A stretch of 64,000 nt of DNA from an uncultured virus (IMG/VR IMGVR_UViG_3300008255_000103) (lineage: Duplodnaviria > Heunggongvirae > Uroviricota > Caudoviricetes): positions 1 through 64,000 of IMG/VR virus record IMGVR_UViG_3300008255_000103. One strand, written 5' to 3'. The translations under genes were made by a program, and so were the position numbers. The notes under the pieces are model-generated. The model searched no databases, was not told the DNA's origin, and worked only from the letters and a program-made list of their open reading frames with translations. Numbering within the stretch: the first letter of the stretch is position 1; each line of letters begins with the position of its first letter. Of this stretch, positions 20,717 to 29,000 are shown in pieces.

Positions 20717-21793
20717 TTACGGAGGTGCATCAGCAATTATATCTCCAGATTCCATATTAGTCATTGTTCCATTGAAACCAGAATCACTATGATCTAAAAT
20801 AGTTGGATAAGTGTCTCCATCTCCACATCTCCAATAAGCTACCATATTTGAAGCAGATGAAAGATTTTTTAGATTAGTTGGAATCCCTGAATTATAAATC
20901 GCTTCAACCTCAGGAAGAGAAAGTTCTTTATTGTATACTGATGTTTCGTCTATGTTGCCTTCAAATGCATAACCAGTGCCATCCCATTGACCAATTCTAA
21001 ATGGAGCAGTTGTAATAATAGAGCCTGTTAAAGTATTTTTCCATATTGTAAGGTCAACAATTTCACCATCAATATAAATATGCATGCCAGATACAAGTGA
21101 TGATCCATCATAGGTACATATACAATGATGCCAATTACCATTATTTATTGTTGCTGTAGTTGTAAAAACCTGAAACTCATTAGTTGATGATGTATTTGAT
21201 AATAAGAAAGTAATAGCTCCAGTATAAGTACCACCATTGAGATATACAGCATAGCCTGCATATGGTGCCGTGCCAGAATTTTTAGCAATAAGAAACTTAT
21301 CATTTGTAGTTGTTTTACACCACAAACTTATAGAAAAAGCATCAGTTCTCTCAAAATTCAACACATTTCCCATATTCACATATTCGTTCGTTCCTCCAAA
21401 CAGCAAAGAATAATAGTTCCCAAATTGTTCAACAACATAAATTTCCATAAAACATGTAACTCTATATTCTTCTCCATCTGTTGTTGCCGTTATAACTGAT
21501 AACGTAGATCCACTTGCAAATAATGTTACAGTCATTGCAACAGAACTCTCTTCCGTATTTACAACAGTCGGTCCTGAAACAATTGAAACATCCGCATCGT
21601 CTCTTCTAACAGTCGCTATTAATTTATATGAACTTTTAGCCGTATTATCGTAAACTTGTTGAACAGTACAATGAACTTCAACCCTTGCAGTAGTATTTAT
21701 TGGAATACTCCATACACAAACCTCAACACCATTTGAAGATGTTTGTATACTTCCTGCTGTTTTTCTTCCTAAAATTATATCTCCATCAGCCAT
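20717..21793 (-). CDS. Single-LamG paralogue of 18237..20705
   Basis: Shared N-terminal domain, one LamG domain, near-identical GFNGTMTNME tail. Confidence 0.85.
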   Translation of the reverse strand: MADGDIILGRKTAGSIQTSSNGVEVCVWSIPINTTARVEVHCTVQQVYDNTAKSSYKLIATVRRDDADVSIVSGPTVVNTEESSVAMTVTLFASGSTLSVITATTDGEEYRVTCFMEIYVVEQFGNYYSLLFGGTNEYVNMGNVLNFERTDAFSISLWCKTTTNDKFLIAKNSGTAPYAGYAVYLNGGTYTGAITFLLSNTSSTNEFQVFTTTATINNGNWHHCICTYDGSSLVSGMHIYIDGEIVDLTIWKNTLTGSIITTAPFRIGQWDGTGYAFEGNIDETSVYNKELSLPEVEAIYNSGIPTNLKNLSSASNMVAYWRCGDGDTYPTILDHSDSGFNGTMTNMESGDIIADAPP

Positions 21794-21807
21794 GATTAAT
21801 TACCTTA

Positions 21808-22896
21808 TTATGCTGGCGCAATGTCAGTTACTGTTCCACTACTTCCTTTAAATTTTAATGCACCACCCTCAACAAATAAATAACCGCCAGAAGTCGCACT
21901 GCCTGTTGGAACTGCATCTACATCTTTAATAAAAATCGCTCCCTGAGCACCTTGCATATTTGTTCCATTAGCACCATTTATAATTAAGTTACCCATATTG
22001 GAATTGCCTGCTTTAAGATAAATATTACCAGCAGTAAGTCCGTCACCACTCCAAATCAAAATATCACCACCAGCATAAGTATTGGTATAGTCTGATTGTC
22101 CAAAAACAATTAATCTTATTCCATTATGAGAAGATGAAGGAGCAATTCCAAATACTGGAAGAGGAAAATCTGATTCAATTAATAAATATCCGTCACATAT
22201 TACAGATGAACCTCCAAATGGTGTTGGAGATGCACTAGTAAAAAATATCGGTGCAGTAGCTAAATATAATGTTGTTGGATAAGTATCCCCAGGACCAGCA
22301 GGACCTGTAGCTCCTGTAACACCAGCTACTCCTGTAGGACCAGCTGTTCCTGTAGCTCCTTGAGGTCCCGTTGCGCCTTGAGGTCCAGTAGCTCCAGCTA
22401 CCCCAGTAGGACCGGCTGTTCCTGTAGCTCCTTGTGGTCCTGTAACTCCAGCAGGACCAGTAGCTCCAGCAGGACCAGTAGCTCCTGTAGCACCATCAAC
22501 TCCAGCAGGACCAGTAGCTCCTGTAGCACCATCAACTCCAGCAGGACCAGTAGCTCCTGTAACTCCAGCAGGACCAGTAGGACCACCATAAGGACCTGTA
22601 GCACCTTGTGGTCCAGTAACTCCATCTATTCCAGCAGAACCGGCAGGTCCAGTAGGACCAGCAGGACCTGTCATTCCAATTCCAGCCGGTCCAGTTGGAC
22701 CAGCAGCACCAGTAGGTCCAGCAATACCGGCAGGACCAGCAGGACCAGTTGCTCCAGCGGGACCAGGAGAACCAGTTGGTCCAAAAGATGGACTGCGAGG
22801 ATCCCAACGTTCTGCAGCTGCATTATAAGCTAAGATGTATCCATCAGCAGGAACTTCAAAGGAGCCAATAATTGTTTTGTTTTTAGTATTAGCCAT
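21808..22896 (-). CDS. Collagen-like fibre protein
   Basis: ~55 uninterrupted GXY triplets (GPT/GAT/GPA); C-terminal [17 protein letters not shown]. Confidence 0.85.
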   Translation of the reverse strand: MANTKNKTIIGSFEVPADGYILAYNAAAERWDPRSPSFGPTGSPGPAGATGPAGPAGIAGPTGAAGPTGPAGIGMTGPAGPTGPAGSAGIDGVTGPQGATGPYGGPTGPAGVTGATGPAGVDGATGATGPAGVDGATGATGPAGATGPAGVTGPQGATGTAGPTGVAGATGPQGATGPQGATGTAGPTGVAGVTGATGPAGPGDTYPTTLYLATAPIFFTSASPTPFGGSSVICDGYLLIESDFPLPVFGIAPSSSHNGIRLIVFGQSDYTNTYAGGDILIWSGDGLTAGNIYLKAGNSNMGNLIINGANGTNMQGAQGAIFIKDVDAVPTGSATSGGYLFVEGGALKFKGSSGTVTDIAPA

Positions 22897-22900
22897 TTAT

Positions 22901-24703
22901 TTATAACCTCGAAAGCTCTCTCCACTCAATAGTAGCTGAAGCCCTTCTATCATCTGTACCATATGAGTCTACTTGAATTATTAATTCGGAACCAGATGTA
23001 TCAACAGTAACCGACCAATTGGTTCCGTTATCATCTATTAAGTCATCATTAAGAATATCTATTACTAATACTCCACTCTCCTGATGTGCTAAAGCATTAT
23101 ACTTAAATCTTGCACAAGTTGATGCTCCAGTAGTATTTACAACAATTATTCTAATGTTAATGTCATAAGATTTTCCATCTTCCATTTCTATATTATTTAG
23201 TGTGCCAGGTATTGTCAAGTTAAATTGACCACCATTTACTTGGTAACCATCTAATAATATTCTTGAGAATTGAGAATCTCCTGGATTTGTAAAGTAATTT
23301 ACAGCATGAGATTTTTGTCCTATAATTCTTGCATCAGCAGCATAACCAAAAACTGCACAATGTATTGCAGAAGTTGTATTGCCATATCCTTCAGCACGAG
23401 AATAATTACCAGTAACAATATTAGAATCACCATTAATAAATACACCATTAGAATTTGATGTATTATTTTGACCAGCAATTAAAGAGTGCTGAGAACTAAT
23501 AATATTGCTAGATCCTAATAATACAAGACTATTAGTTCCAGTTATGCTATTTAACATTCCATTAATAACAGTAGAATAATTTCCTGATACTGTATTTGAT
23601 AATCCATTTAATATAGTAGATTCGTTTCCAGTAGCTTGGTTTCCGTAACCATCAGCAACAAAGGAAGAATCTCCTTGGGCTCTATTTCCAGAACCACCTA
23701 AAATTACAGACAAATACCCATCAGCTAAATTGGTATTACCACCAAGAACTGATGAATAATATCCGTCAGCAGTATTACTTAACCCGCCACCAATCATTGT
23801 ATATTGTTGTGTAGCAGAGTTTGAGCTACCACCTAAAATTGATGAATATATAGCAGAGGCAGTATTGTCTAAGCCGCCACCTATAATAGAATAATTTGCG
23901 GTTACTTGATTTCTGTATCCACCAACTGAGGTAGAATAATCGCCAGTTACACCAATTGATAAATTACTACTTGCTAAATTAACAATACCAACTTTAGTAT
24001 TATCTATTGTTGATTGATTAATTGGTCTATTGGCTACAATATTTTGCGACTCATAAATAGGGTCAAAAACAACCGGTAATCTTGTAGGATACCAAGTTCC
24101 AGACCTATATAATAAGGCATATCCATCTATTGGAGTTGATGAAGATATTGGAACTCCTTGAATTCCTATAACTGTTTGATTTATCTTTGTACCAGATAGA
24201 TCTCCAGAGGCATAGAAACCAATTTGAGATTCCCAATAACCATCTGTATCATTCCAAGTAAGATGATATCCATCTAAGGGCATTGTCGATACTAATGGTC
24301 TATCTTGTAAACCAATTACAGTCTGGCTGTAATATCCTCCTGACAGATCTCCCCCTGCTAACCAAAGATCGGTAGGTATAAGTTGCCATGCACCATCTCT
24401 TCTTTCATATAGACCTTCATAGACATATCCGTCACGTCTTAGGTAAAGAGAGCCATCAACTCTATCTTCTGTTGGATATCCATCACCAACACTAATAGAA
24501 ACACCGCCATATCCATCAACATAAAATGGATTGGTTACGTTAGGAGCTGGTGCATTAGGGTTATTTATTCTTGCCTCAAGAATATCCAAACGTACCCTAA
24601 CATCAGCATAAACTCCATATGGAGTAATACCAAGAGCCCTCTCTATCGCTTCTACTGCATCAGTTAATGCACTAATTGCTGCTGCTTTATCATCAATAAC
24701 CAT
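22901..24703 (-). CDS. Tail spike/adhesin-like protein with GGxxN beta-helix repeats
   Basis: ~14-aa SSILGGxxNxA repeats; AGGDLSG motifs; 10 DGY. Confidence 0.75.
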   Translation of the reverse strand: MVIDDKAAAISALTDAVEAIERALGITPYGVYADVRVRLDILEARINNPNAPAPNVTNPFYVDGYGGVSISVGDGYPTEDRVDGSLYLRRDGYVYEGLYERRDGAWQLIPTDLWLAGGDLSGGYYSQTVIGLQDRPLVSTMPLDGYHLTWNDTDGYWESQIGFYASGDLSGTKINQTVIGIQGVPISSSTPIDGYALLYRSGTWYPTRLPVVFDPIYESQNIVANRPINQSTIDNTKVGIVNLASSNLSIGVTGDYSTSVGGYRNQVTANYSIIGGGLDNTASAIYSSILGGSSNSATQQYTMIGGGLSNTADGYYSSVLGGNTNLADGYLSVILGGSGNRAQGDSSFVADGYGNQATGNESTILNGLSNTVSGNYSTVINGMLNSITGTNSLVLLGSSNIISSQHSLIAGQNNTSNSNGVFINGDSNIVTGNYSRAEGYGNTTSAIHCAVFGYAADARIIGQKSHAVNYFTNPGDSQFSRILLDGYQVNGGQFNLTIPGTLNNIEMEDGKSYDINIRIIVVNTTGASTCARFKYNALAHQESGVLVIDILNDDLIDDNGTNWSVTVDTSGSELIIQVDSYGTDDRRASATIEWRELSRL

Positions 24704-24744
24704 GGATTACCGTTCCAAACTAAAATTTACGCTGCTGTCTCACT

Positions 24745-24764
24745 ATATACGTAAATTTTAGTAT
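24745..24764 (-). promoter_or_regulatory. Putative phage promoter motif
   Basis: ATACTAA-AATTTAC-GTATAT upstream of 24703, matching the 8652 motif. Confidence 0.5.
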
Positions 24765-24789
24765 ACCACGATAATTCAATAAAATGAAA

Positions 24790-25344
24790 TTAAAATACTA
24801 AATATACTCCTAAAGATGTTGATGATAAAACTTTAACAGTGGCAGCATAATTAGTAGTAAGTAATCCATCTCCAGAAATTTGAATTTCTACTAATCCAGA
24901 CCCTAAATGACTAATACTAAATGTATATGGGCTTATAGATGTACTAGGATATGATGTAATAACATTAGAATAAAAATTTCCAGAATAATAAGTAGCAGTA
25001 AATACCATTTGAAAAGCAAATCTTTCATCAAAACTATTTTGAATTGCAGTAACAGTTATTGAGTTGGTAGTATTTGCATCTAATTGAATTTGTATTGCTG
25101 GAGAGAATGATATTGGATAAGTATCAACTCCAGTTTCATATGAAGCATAATATACTGTCTCTTCATAAGGCGCTCCAGCGGGACCTGTGGCTCCTGTATC
25201 TCCAGCGGGACCTGTGGCTCCTACGGAACCTGTAGCACCAACCGCACCAGTAGGTCCAGTGGCTCCAGTTTCCACTTCAATTACCGGAACAAGAACATAT
25301 TTTATTCCATCCCATTTAAGATAGCCAGGCTCAGGTAAACTCAT
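24790..25344 (-). CDS. Short collagen-like fibre protein
   Basis: GYLKWDG N-terminus, ~10 GXY triplets. Confidence 0.75.
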   Translation of the reverse strand: MSLPEPGYLKWDGIKYVLVPVIEVETGATGPTGAVGATGSVGATGPAGDTGATGPAGAPYEETVYYASYETGVDTYPISFSPAIQIQLDANTTNSITVTAIQNSFDERFAFQMVFTATYYSGNFYSNVITSYPSTSISPYTFSISHLGSGLVEIQISGDGLLTTNYAATVKVLSSTSLGVYLVF

Positions 25345-25391
25345 ATTATCCTCACAACAAAGTACAATATGATGTCATAAAAATAGTATGA

Positions 25392-25763
25392 TCAAAGGAA
25401 TGCTTTTAATTTTGACATTTTACGGATTCGTCTGGCAGATTCTTTTAGATTTCTTCTTGAAAATATAATTATGCAATAAGATTTATTCTTACGACTAGTA
25501 TTTACACATCTTATATACTCAAAATCATTACCAGTTTTATCGTTAACTATAGATGCAAAAGTTAAAGCATCAGAAACATAATTTCTAGACATATCAATAT
25601 CAGGAATCCAAGTGAAATCACCTTTAATCATTTTACATAATTCTTGATCAGTCCATCTGTCTTTATCAATTATCTTTTGAAGAAAAGCTGCTTTTTTAAA
25701 AGTAACACGCTTTTTACATTTCTTTCTAATTGTTCGTCGTAATTCATTAAAATCATATATCAA
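25392..25763 (-). CDS. Hypothetical basic protein ending KLKAFL
   Basis: ORF track; TTG start uncertain. Confidence 0.5.
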   Translation of the reverse strand: MIYDFNELRRTIRKKCKKRVTFKKAAFLQKIIDKDRWTDQELCKMIKGDFTWIPDIDMSRNYVSDALTFASIVNDKTGNDFEYIRCVNTSRKNKSYCIIIFSRRNLKESARRIRKMSKLKAFL

Positions 25764-25920
25764 ATAATAACTCTTTAAATTCTTCAGGAGATAATTCTAC
25801 TGCATTTGTAATTTTCTTGAGTGGATTTTCATGATCTTTAGCTTGAATTATTATTAAGATTTTTCCACCCTCTATCTTTTTTGCTTCTATAAAAGATTTA
25901 TCTGTAAATTGAATTTTCAT
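25753..25920 (-). CDS. Small hypothetical protein (55 aa), not in the ORF track
   Basis: MKIQFTDKSFIEAKK...FKELLFDI; ATG overlaps the MetAP stop (ATGA). Confidence 0.65.
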   Translation of the reverse strand: MKIQFTDKSFIEAKKIEGGKILIIIQAKDHENPLKKITNAVELSPEEFKELLFDI

Positions 25921-26717
25921 ATAGAACTCCTATCTGTAATAATTTCTACACGATCTTTATGAACATATACAGAATGTTCTGCATGAGCACAAATCCCATC
26001 TGCTTTAACTGTCCATCCGTCAGACAATACTCGTGTATGAGTGGAGCCCATAACTAACATAGGTTCTATAGCAATTACTAATCCTGGTTGGATTCTAATT
26101 CCACTATCCAATTCAGATTTATTATCTACAAATGGTGGAGTATGAGGTGCATTCCATGATAAACCATGACCTCCGTATTTGGTTATTACAGTAAATCCAT
26201 TACCTTTAGCAGATTTATGAATAGCATCACCGATTACACCTAAGTGTTTATCAATTTCAATAGCGGCAATTCCTTTAGCCAAAGCCTCTTCTGTTGCCTC
26301 TATAATCTTTTTGTGCCATTCATATTTTGGTTGACCATAGATACAAGTAATTGCAGTATCTGCAATTGCTTTCTCATAAGTTACACCAACATCAAATGTA
26401 ATAACATCACCATCTTGTAAATAATAATCTTTAGGAATGCCATGAACCAGTTGTTCATTAACAGAAACACATAAAGCTGATGGAAAGCCTTTATATCCTT
26501 TGAATGTAGGGAAGCCGCCCTGATCTATAATCAGAAGTTCTGCTAGATCATTTAAGGAAGTTAATGATAGTTTAGTTTTATCATTAACTTCCTTTTCTAA
26601 TCTTTTAAGAACTTTTGCGGCAATAATACCGGCACATCTTTGTTTTTGTAACCAATTATTATCCTGCAAAGGAAAAAAGCCGCTTGATTCAAACGACTCT
26701 TTTGATATAACTTTCAT
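25917..26717 (-). CDS. map: Methionine aminopeptidase type I
   Basis: YKGFPSALCVSVNEQLVHGIP, D-x10-D, GGHG, IEPM, AHAEHS metal-binding motifs. Confidence 0.93.
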   Translation of the reverse strand: MKVISKESFESSGFFPLQDNNWLQKQRCAGIIAAKVLKRLEKEVNDKTKLSLTSLNDLAELLIIDQGGFPTFKGYKGFPSALCVSVNEQLVHGIPKDYYLQDGDVITFDVGVTYEKAIADTAITCIYGQPKYEWHKKIIEATEEALAKGIAAIEIDKHLGVIGDAIHKSAKGNGFTVITKYGGHGLSWNAPHTPPFVDNKSELDSGIRIQPGLVIAIEPMLVMGSTHTRVLSDGWTVKADGICAHAEHSVYVHKDRVEIITDRSSI

Positions 26718-26733
26718 TTATCTTACCTCTATA

Positions 26734-26994
26734 TTAAGAATTATTTTTCATACCGAATTTTATGTTAGTTGTACGCGCTGCTTCTTCTACAACTTTTCTA
26801 ACATCTTCATATCCAATATATTCTTTAAATGACTCTGTTTTTAATAAACCAACTATTTTTTTGTCAATTAGAATCAAAGTATTATTCATTTCATTGACAG
26901 TGGGCTTATCTAATACTGGATTTCCCATTGTATTAGATAAATATTGTCTAATTTGTATTAGATCTGTTATTTCTTTTATTTCTACTGGATACAT
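26734..26994 (-). CDS. Hypothetical protein
   Basis: Tiles the operon. Confidence 0.6.
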   Translation of the reverse strand: MYPVEIKEITDLIQIRQYLSNTMGNPVLDKPTVNEMNNTLILIDKKIVGLLKTESFKEYIGYEDVRKVVEEAARTTNIKFGMKNNS

Positions 26995-27000
26995 ATCAAC

Positions 27001-27270
27001 TCACTTCTGTGATTGATTGGCTGCGCCTCTCAGAATCTTACCACTTTCATCAATAGCATCAGCTTCAGTCAATCCATACTTCATATATAATTGTAGAACT
27101 ACATATTTATAGGATATATCTGCTGTATCATTTTGAGCTAAAGCTTTTTCTGCCTGCGCTAAAGCTAAATGTCTTTTAGACTTAGCTAATTCCAAAGCCA
27201 TTCTATCTAATTCTTTAAGTTGCTCAACCTGTGGCACAGGCTTTACTTCCTTAGTTTCTTCATCGCCCAT
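27001..27270 (-). CDS. Hypothetical coiled-coil protein
   Basis: GGAG RBS; helical, A/E/K-rich. Confidence 0.65.
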   Translation of the reverse strand: MGDEETKEVKPVPQVEQLKELDRMALELAKSKRHLALAQAEKALAQNDTADISYKYVVLQLYMKYGLTEADAIDESGKILRGAANQSQK

Positions 27271-27279
27271 AATAACTCC

Positions 27280-28590
27280 TTACAATATCTCTGCTGCTAA
27301 TGTTGCTAATTTACTACGCTCACCTTGTGTAAATGTAATATGACCAGCTAAATCTGACTTCTTAAATTTTTCAATTACATAAGTCAAACCATTACTGGTT
27401 GCATCTAACACAGAGTTGTCAATTTGCTCTATATCACCTGTAAGAATAATTTTGGTTCCTTCTCCAGCACGAGTTAATACGGTTTTGACATCTTCTTTAG
27501 AAAGATTTTGACATTCATCAAGCAAAATTATAGAATTAGGAATGCTTCTACCACGAACATATGTAATGGCTTCCATTTCAACTCTACCCTTTTTCTGATA
27601 CATCTCTAGCTCACGTTTCCAGTCGCCACCATTCTTACTATGAAATAAAGTTTCAAAATTATCCATGATGGCTTGGAACCAAGGTGCTAGTTTTTCTTCC
27701 ATAGTACCAGGTAAGAATCCAATATCACTTCCAACTGGTTGAATTGGACGATAGATAATGAATTTTTCATATTCTTTTCTATTGATAACTAGTTCTAATG
27801 CTGCAGCTAAAACAATTAAACTTTTACCAGTTCCAGCTCTTCCAATTAATGTAACTAGATCAATTTTCTTATCCATAATCATATCGACTGCAAAAGACTG
27901 TTCCTTATTTCTACAAGCAATATTCCATGGATATGTTTTCTTAATTAGTTTTAATTTGTTAGGTTCAACTTTACGAGCCAGAGCTATTCCGCCGCCAGAT
28001 GTATCTTCAAAAAACGCGCACTCATTAGGATTTAGCTCTATTCCATACAATTCAGGATCAATGAATCCCTTCTTTTGTAAATCTAAACCAGCATCTTCAT
28101 CAACAATAACTTGGCTACCAGCATATAGATCACTCAAAGAGCATTTTGGAGCTTCATGAGCTATAGCATTAATGCCTCTTGCCTTAGCTTTAATGCGTAA
28201 ATTTACGTCATTACTTACTAATGTTACGTCATCATTAACATTTACGCAATGAGCGTTATAGGCAGCAACCAATATATGAGTATCTGGATAATATGGATCT
28301 CCAAATCCTTTATATGTATCTGATTTTAAATCATAATATGTAGCATCTACTCTTAATAGAATATCACTATCTAATAAAACTCCGGTACTAATATCTCCAA
28401 GGTCGCTGGCTTTATCTAGAAGTCTGCAACAAACTCTAGCATTTCTTCCTGCTTCTCCTATAGATAACTTCTTTTTATCTAATTCATTAACTACTATAAT
28501 TGGAATTATTACATCACTATTAGTGAAATGTTTGTAGGCACTAGGATCATCAATCAAAACTGAAGTGTCTAATATGTATATTTTTCTCAT
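27280..28590 (-). CDS. phoH: PIN-PhoH fusion protein (PhoH2/YlaK-like)
   Basis: PIN YILDTSVL...ELD...SNDVNLR; Walker A GRAGTGKS; GFLPG, RGRS, DECQN, TRAG, GDIEQID. Confidence 0.93.
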   Translation of the reverse strand: MRKIYILDTSVLIDDPSAYKHFTNSDVIIPIIVVNELDKKKLSIGEAGRNARVCCRLLDKASDLGDISTGVLLDSDILLRVDATYYDLKSDTYKGFGDPYYPDTHILVAAYNAHCVNVNDDVTLVSNDVNLRIKAKARGINAIAHEAPKCSLSDLYAGSQVIVDEDAGLDLQKKGFIDPELYGIELNPNECAFFEDTSGGGIALARKVEPNKLKLIKKTYPWNIACRNKEQSFAVDMIMDKKIDLVTLIGRAGTGKSLIVLAAALELVINRKEYEKFIIYRPIQPVGSDIGFLPGTMEEKLAPWFQAIMDNFETLFHSKNGGDWKRELEMYQKKGRVEMEAITYVRGRSIPNSIILLDECQNLSKEDVKTVLTRAGEGTKIILTGDIEQIDNSVLDATSNGLTYVIEKFKKSDLAGHITFTQGERSKLATLAAEIL

Positions 28591-28958
28591 TATTGCTCTT
28601 GTTCTTCAAAGATTGTCCAAAAATTAATTGTCATTTCCATGTATAATTGTTTTTTAGGATCAAGCTCACGTAAATCGCGTTTTAGCTTGTATGTACTTTT
28701 GAACCATTCTCCTACTAATTCTCGTTCAACATAAACTTGCATGTGTCCATCTAAATCGTCTATAACTTGAATACCATAAGTTGCCAAGATAGTTCTTAAT
28801 TTAACTCTCTGGTCAATAGACAAACTGGTGCCCGTCGTCCAGAAATCATCGACTGTGACACCCATTTGTTCCAACAAATTTCTAAGAAAACTAAGTTTCT
28901 CTTCTTCCTCAATTTGTTTTACATTCTCATTATAGTTGAGAAGAATTGTTCCTTGCAT
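28590..28958 (-). CDS. Hypothetical protein
   Basis: Coupled to phoH (TAATG). Confidence 0.65.
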   Translation of the reverse strand: MQGTILLNYNENVKQIEEEEKLSFLRNLLEQMGVTVDDFWTTGTSLSIDQRVKLRTILATYGIQVIDDLDGHMQVYVERELVGEWFKSTYKLKRDLRELDPKKQLYMEMTINFWTIFEEQEQ

Positions 28959-29000
28959 TTGCTATAATACCAATTAATTCGTAGTGTTATATTTATTTCG

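Noticed and set aside
19700..20959. Near-duplicate DNA between LamG genes as a DGR template/variable repeat pair
   Set aside because: Differences are mostly synonymous and not restricted to adenines; no reverse transcriptase in the window
22290..22785. Tandem 9-36-nt repeats as a CRISPR array, and overlapping alternative-frame ORFs (also 8324-8632, 9649-9843)
   Set aside because: Explained by collagen Gly-X-Y coding; no unique spacers or cas genes; shadow ORFs arise from the repeat
7396..24703. DGY as a DNA-level motif or a GFP-like chromophore
   Set aside because: Synonymous codons vary freely (GAT/GAC, all GGN, TAT/TAC); the GFP chromophore is X-Tyr-Gly within a specific barrel, not Asp-Gly-Tyr
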